Assembly: GCA_965223905.1 (NCBI GenBank)
Contig: CBDCXV010000011.1
Span: forward strand, 704,001-768,000
Length of the DNA: 64,000 nt
Reading direction: 5' to 3'
From: Candidatus Latescibacterota bacterium
GTDB taxonomy: Bacteria; Latescibacterota; UBA2968; UBA8231
Position numbers and translations under genes: made by a program
Notes under the pieces: model-generated
What the model was told of the DNA's origin: nothing
The model's input: only the letters and a program-made list of their open reading frames with translations
Databases searched by the model: none
Part shown: positions 59,519 through 64,000 of the stretch, one piece after another
Layout of the letters: the number at the start of each line of letters is the position of its first letter
Numbering within the stretch: position 1 is the stretch's first letter

Positions 59519-60150
59519 TTACCAGAGTGAATCCCGGCAAGTGCGGCTACCGCCCTCTCTGTCAGCAACACTGTGTCGGCCAAAACCACGTCGTAGGTCG
59601 AGACACTGTTGACAGGCCGTATTTCCACACCTGGAATATTTCGGCAGGACTTGACCATTGTCGTCTGGCTGTGAGGTGTCACAAAAAGCACTTTCTCTCC
59701 TTCGAGTCCGATCGCCCCCAGCACGCCGAAAAAAGATTTGGTGCTCGGCTCGGGAAACTCGAAATCTTGGATGACTTTAACCCGCCCACTCCGGCATTTC
59801 AGCGACAAGGCGGAAGAAAGCGCTTTCTTCTTCAGCTGTTTGGTGAGTTTCGACGAGTAGGTTCGTGGCTTGGGTCCGAACGCAACACCGCCGCCGCGGA
59901 GCAAATTGGTGGCGGCAGTCCCGCGCCGAGCCTGACCGGTGCCTTTCTGGCGGTGGTGTTTGCGGCCGGTTCGCCTGACTTCCGAGCGGGTTTTCGTGGA
60001 GGCAGTACCCTGTCGTTGGTGGGTTTCGTAAGCCACAACCGCGCTGTAGACGGCGTACTCGTTGACCTCGGCATCAAAAAGGTGTTCCGGGAGTTCGGCG
60101 ACGCCGACTGTTCCTCCCTCGATATTCACCACTTCAGCACTATTGCCCAC
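59515..60150 (-). CDS. rplD: 50S ribosomal protein L4
   Basis: RQGTASTKTRSEV, QKGTG.AR.G, GGG..FGPKP. Confidence 0.96.
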   Translation of the reverse strand: MGNSAEVVNIEGGTVGVAELPEHLFDAEVNEYAVYSAVVAYETHQRQGTASTKTRSEVRRTGRKHHRQKGTGQARRGTAATNLLRGGGVAFGPKPRTYSSKLTKQLKKKALSSALSLKCRSGRVKVIQDFEFPEPSTKSFFGVLGAIGLEGEKVLFVTPHSQTTMVKSCRNIPGVEIRPVNSVSTYDVVLADTVLLTERAVAALAGIHSGK

Positions 60151-60163
60151 GGCGAGCCTGCTC

Positions 60164-60472
60164 TCAGACCTTAATTTCGATGCCGATTCCGGCAGGAAGA
60201 TCGAGCTTCATCAGGGAATCGACGGTTTGCGGCGTGGAATCGTAGATGTCGATGAGGCGTTTGTGAATACGGGTCTCGAACTGCTCGCGCGATTTCTTGT
60301 CGACGTGCGGCCCGCGCAGCACGGTGTAAACGGTCCTGTCGGTAGGTAACGGTACCGGGCCAGCGATTCGCGCCCCGCTTCGCCGGACGGTCTGAACGAT
60401 TTCGTCGACAGACCTGTCCAAGGCGGCATGGTCGTATGCCTTCAATCGGATGCGTATTCGATCTACAGCCAC
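60164..60472 (-). CDS. rpsJ: 30S ribosomal protein S10
   Basis: [23 protein letters not shown]. Confidence 0.97.
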   Translation of the reverse strand: MAVDRIRIRLKAYDHAALDRSVDEIVQTVRRSGARIAGPVPLPTDRTVYTVLRGPHVDKKSREQFETRIHKRLIDIYDSTPQTVDSLMKLDLPAGIGIEIKV

Positions 60473-60499
60473 CGCGAACCCCCGCTTATCCCGGCTTCC

Positions 60500-61693
60500 C
60501 TATTCCGCGATGCTGACCACGACGCCGGACCCGATCGTGCGGCCTCCTTCGCGGATCGCAAAGCGCAACTGCTCTTCGACCGCGATCGGAACGGGAGTCA
60601 AGTCGACATCCATCGTGACGTTGTCGCCGGGCATGACCATCTCCGTTCCTTCCGGGAGAGTGATCGCTCCCGTAACATCAGTCGTGCGGAAATAAAACTG
60701 CGGCCGGTACCCCGTGAAGAACGGCTTCTCCCGACCGCCTTCCTTACTCGTCAGCACGTACACCTCGGCTTTGAACTTGGTGTGCGGAGTTATGCTACCG
60801 GGCTGGCAGAGCACCATACCGCGCAACAGTTCTTCCTTTTCGACGCCGCGCAGAAGCAACCCGACGTTGTCGCCCGCTTCTCCTTCATCGAGGATTTTTC
60901 GGAACATCTCGACGCCGGTGCAGACCGTCTTTCGGGTCTCCTTGATGCCCACGATTTCGACATCCTCTCCCGTCTTGACGCGACCGCGCTCGATGCGGCC
61001 GGTGCCGACAGTCCCACGGCCGGTGATGCTGAATACATCCTCGATCGGCATCAGGAAGGGCTGGTCGACAGGTCTTTCCGGCATCGGGATGTACTCGTCG
61101 ACATGTTGCATCAACTCCTCGATCGACCCGACCCCCATCTCGCCGTTCTCCCCTTCGACCGCTTTCAGGGCCGATCCACGAACGATGGGAATGTCATCAC
61201 CTGGAAAATCGTACTCGGACAGCAGTTCGCGCGTCTCCAGTTCGACGAGATCCAGAAGCTCGGGATCGTCCACCATGTCCACCTTGTTCATATAAACGAC
61301 GATCCGCGGAACATTGACCTGGCGGGCAAGCAGGATGTGCTCCCGGGTCTGAATCATGGGTCCATCGGCGGCGCTGACCACGAGAATCGCGCCATCCATC
61401 TGGGCGGCGCCGGTGATCATGTTCTTGATGTAGTCGGCGTGGCCAGGACAGTCTACGTGGGCGTAATGACGGGATTCCGTTTCATACTCCTGATGGGAAA
61501 CATTGATGGTAACGCCTCGCGCCTTCTCTTCCGGTGCGTTGTCGATGTCGTCGACCGACTTTGCCTCGGCGAAGCCCTTGCTGGCCAAGTTCAGGGTAAT
61601 CGCCGCGGTCAAGGTGGTTTTTCCGTGATCGACATGCCCGATAGTGCCGATGTTCACGTGGGGTTTCGTTCGTTCGAATTGTTGCTTCGCCAT
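60500..61693 (-). CDS. tuf: Elongation factor Tu
   Basis: [28 protein letters not shown]. Confidence 0.98.
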   Translation of the reverse strand: MAKQQFERTKPHVNIGTIGHVDHGKTTLTAAITLNLASKGFAEAKSVDDIDNAPEEKARGVTINVSHQEYETESRHYAHVDCPGHADYIKNMITGAAQMDGAILVVSAADGPMIQTREHILLARQVNVPRIVVYMNKVDMVDDPELLDLVELETRELLSEYDFPGDDIPIVRGSALKAVEGENGEMGVGSIEELMQHVDEYIPMPERPVDQPFLMPIEDVFSITGRGTVGTGRIERGRVKTGEDVEIVGIKETRKTVCTGVEMFRKILDEGEAGDNVGLLLRGVEKEELLRGMVLCQPGSITPHTKFKAEVYVLTSKEGGREKPFFTGYRPQFYFRTTDVTGAITLPEGTEMVMPGDNVTMDVDLTPVPIAVEEQLRFAIREGGRTIGSGVVVSIAE

Positions 61694-61751
61694 GTTGTCC
61701 TTAAGTCTCCTTGTCTGTCTATTGCTAATCAGTTTACGAAGCGTAGCCGGA

Positions 61752-63830
61752 TCATCGACCCGCAGACTCTACGATTTCCTCGCTGATCTGGGCCGGAACC
61801 CGCTCGTATTTTGCGAACTGCATGCTGAAAACCGCTCGCCCCTGCGTAAGTGATCTCAGGCGCGTCGCGTAACCGAAAGTCTCCGACAGGGGGATTCGCG
61901 AAACGACGACCTGGGCGTCGGACCGCGTGTTGACACCCTGAATTTCGCCGCGATGGGAAGTAAGGTCGCCAATCACTTCGCCGAGATACTGCTCCGGGAC
62001 GACGACCTCAAGGTCCATGACAGGTTCCATCAAAAATGGCTTCGCCCTCTTCGCCCCGTCCCTGAAGGCCATCGAGCCGGCCACCTTGAAGGCCATTTCG
62101 GAAGAGTCGACCTCGTGGTAGGAGCCATCGAGCAAGATGACCTTGGCGTCTTCAACGGGATAACTCGCAATCGGGCCGCTCGTCATGGCCTCCTGAATTC
62201 CCTGCTGAACCGAGGAGATGTATTCGCGCGGAATGGCGCCGCCTGTGATCTGCGATTCGAAAACCATGCCACTTCCCGGCTCCCCCGGCTCTATTTCGAT
62301 TTCCACATGGCCGTACTGGCCGCGACCACCCGTTTGGCGCACGAATCGACCGGTAGCTCGCACCCCCTGTCCCAGACCTTCTTTGTATGCAACCTGCGGC
62401 TTGCCGACTTTCGCCGCTACTCTGAACTCCCTGAAAAGGCGATCCAGCAGGATCTCGAGGTGCAATTCGCCCATCCCTGAAATGATGGTCTGCCCGGTCT
62501 CTTCATCAATGCGCACGACGAAGGTCGGGTCTTCGTCGCTGAGCTTGGTGAGGGCAGCGAACAACTGCTCCTGATCGGCGCGGGTTTTCGGTTCGACCGC
62601 TACGTGCAGGACCGGCTTCGCGAATTCGATTTTCTCGAGCAGGAGGGGATGACTTTCATCGCAAAGCGTATCGCCGGTGGTGGTGTCCTTCAAGCCTACA
62701 ACGGCGACTATGTCGCCGGCGTGCACAGCCTTGCGCTCGGTGCGGTCGTTGGCGTGCATCTCGAGAAGGCGCGAGACGCGCTCGCGTTTGCCCGTCCCCG
62801 GATTGTATACGTACGACCCAGCTTCCAGGGTTCCGGAATAAACCCGGATGAAGGATAGTCTGCCGACAAAGGGGTCGGTCATTATTTTGAATGCAAGGCC
62901 GGCGAAAGGTTCACAATCGGCGGCGACGCGCTGCACGACCTCTTCCCCGTGCGGCACTGTACCGGAAACCGGCGGCACGTCGACCGGGGACGGCAGCAGA
63001 TCCACCACCGCATCGATCAGTTTCTGCACTCCCTTGTAGCGGAAGGCACTTCCACAAACCACCGGCACCACCTTCAGCGAAATCGTCGCCTTTCTCAGCG
63101 CCGAGACGAGTTCGCTGCGCGTGATCTCCTGCCCTTCGAGAAATTTCTCGAGCAGGTGATCGTCGAACTCGGCCACTGACTCGAGCATTTTCTCGCGATA
63201 CTCGAGCGCCTGAGGCAGCAAGTCGTCAGGGATCTCCCCTTCGTGAAACTTCGCACCCAGCGACATCTCTTCGTAGGTCGTCGCCTTCATATCGATCAGG
63301 TCGATCAATCCGGTATAAGTTTCGCCGGAACCGATCGGGAGCTGAATCGGGACGAAGTTGCTGCCTAGCCGGTCGTGTAGCATCTCGAGGACACGCAAAA
63401 AATCGGCCCCGTTTCGATCCATTTTATTGACAAATGCGATGCGGGGCACCTGGTAGCGGTCGGCCTGTCGCCAGACCGTTTCGGACTGCGGCTCGACTCC
63501 ACCGACGGCGCAAAAAACTCCGATTGAACCATCGAGCACCCGAAGCGAACGCTCGACTTCGGCAGTAAAATCGACGTGTCCGGGGGTGTCAATGATGTTG
63601 ATCTGATGGCCCTTCCACTCGCAGGCCGTAGCAGCCGAGGTAATCGTTATGCCGCGTTCGCGCTCCTGATCCATCCAGTCCATGGCCGTGGTTCCGTCAT
63701 GGACTTCCCCCATACGATGCAGGCGCCCGGCGTAGTACAAGATCCGCTCGGTCGTAGTCGTCTTGCCCGCATCGATATGGGCGGCGATGCCGATGTTCCT
63801 AGTAGCTTCTATGGTGAAAATGCGTGCCAT
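61752..63830 (-). CDS. fusA: Elongation factor G
   Basis: [30 protein letters not shown]. Confidence 0.98.
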   Translation of the reverse strand: MARIFTIEATRNIGIAAHIDAGKTTTTERILYYAGRLHRMGEVHDGTTAMDWMDQERERGITITSAATACEWKGHQINIIDTPGHVDFTAEVERSLRVLDGSIGVFCAVGGVEPQSETVWRQADRYQVPRIAFVNKMDRNGADFLRVLEMLHDRLGSNFVPIQLPIGSGETYTGLIDLIDMKATTYEEMSLGAKFHEGEIPDDLLPQALEYREKMLESVAEFDDHLLEKFLEGQEITRSELVSALRKATISLKVVPVVCGSAFRYKGVQKLIDAVVDLLPSPVDVPPVSGTVPHGEEVVQRVAADCEPFAGLAFKIMTDPFVGRLSFIRVYSGTLEAGSYVYNPGTGKRERVSRLLEMHANDRTERKAVHAGDIVAVVGLKDTTTGDTLCDESHPLLLEKIEFAKPVLHVAVEPKTRADQEQLFAALTKLSDEDPTFVVRIDEETGQTIISGMGELHLEILLDRLFREFRVAAKVGKPQVAYKEGLGQGVRATGRFVRQTGGRGQYGHVEIEIEPGEPGSGMVFESQITGGAIPREYISSVQQGIQEAMTSGPIASYPVEDAKVILLDGSYHEVDSSEMAFKVAGSMAFRDGAKRAKPFLMEPVMDLEVVVPEQYLGEVIGDLTSHRGEIQGVNTRSDAQVVVSRIPLSETFGYATRLRSLTQGRAVFSMQFAKYERVPAQISEEIVESAGR

Positions 63831-63851
63831 GAAATCGCTTTGGGATTCGAC

Positions 63852-64000
<149 letters not shown>

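Overview
High-GC bacterial chromosome segment. An FCB/Latescibacterota-like lineage is inferred from the FlgD-Ig-tailed surface protein and the Bat/Gld genes; this is not established. Positions 1-37.7 kb hold housekeeping and envelope genes: an oxidoreductase, an RNase II-like protein, an enolase-family enzyme, an S1/P1 nuclease, ssb, recG, an isolated mraY with a murG-HEAT fusion, a MoxR-DUF58-ABC/GldG-BatA-E cluster, a ClpX-like ATPase and a sigma54 regulator. Positions 47.1-64 kb are the str/S10/spc/alpha ribosomal cluster, which lacks rplC and adk-map-infA. Between them a decayed rlmD gene is split by a 7,948-bp IS1-family cargo transposon (38597-46544) with 34-bp terminal inverted repeats, an 8-bp target duplication and an intact DDE transposase. 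The element carries about 20 micro-ORFs and a DnaA box in each end. It also holds two tandem RNA-like folds of the same topology and one 36-bp repeat resembling type I-G (I-U) CRISPR repeats, with its own -10 box, just upstream of the transposase. That solo repeat in a micro-gene-rich IS1 element is the best candidate for an undescribed system. All calls were made by eye; no searches or folding programs were run.
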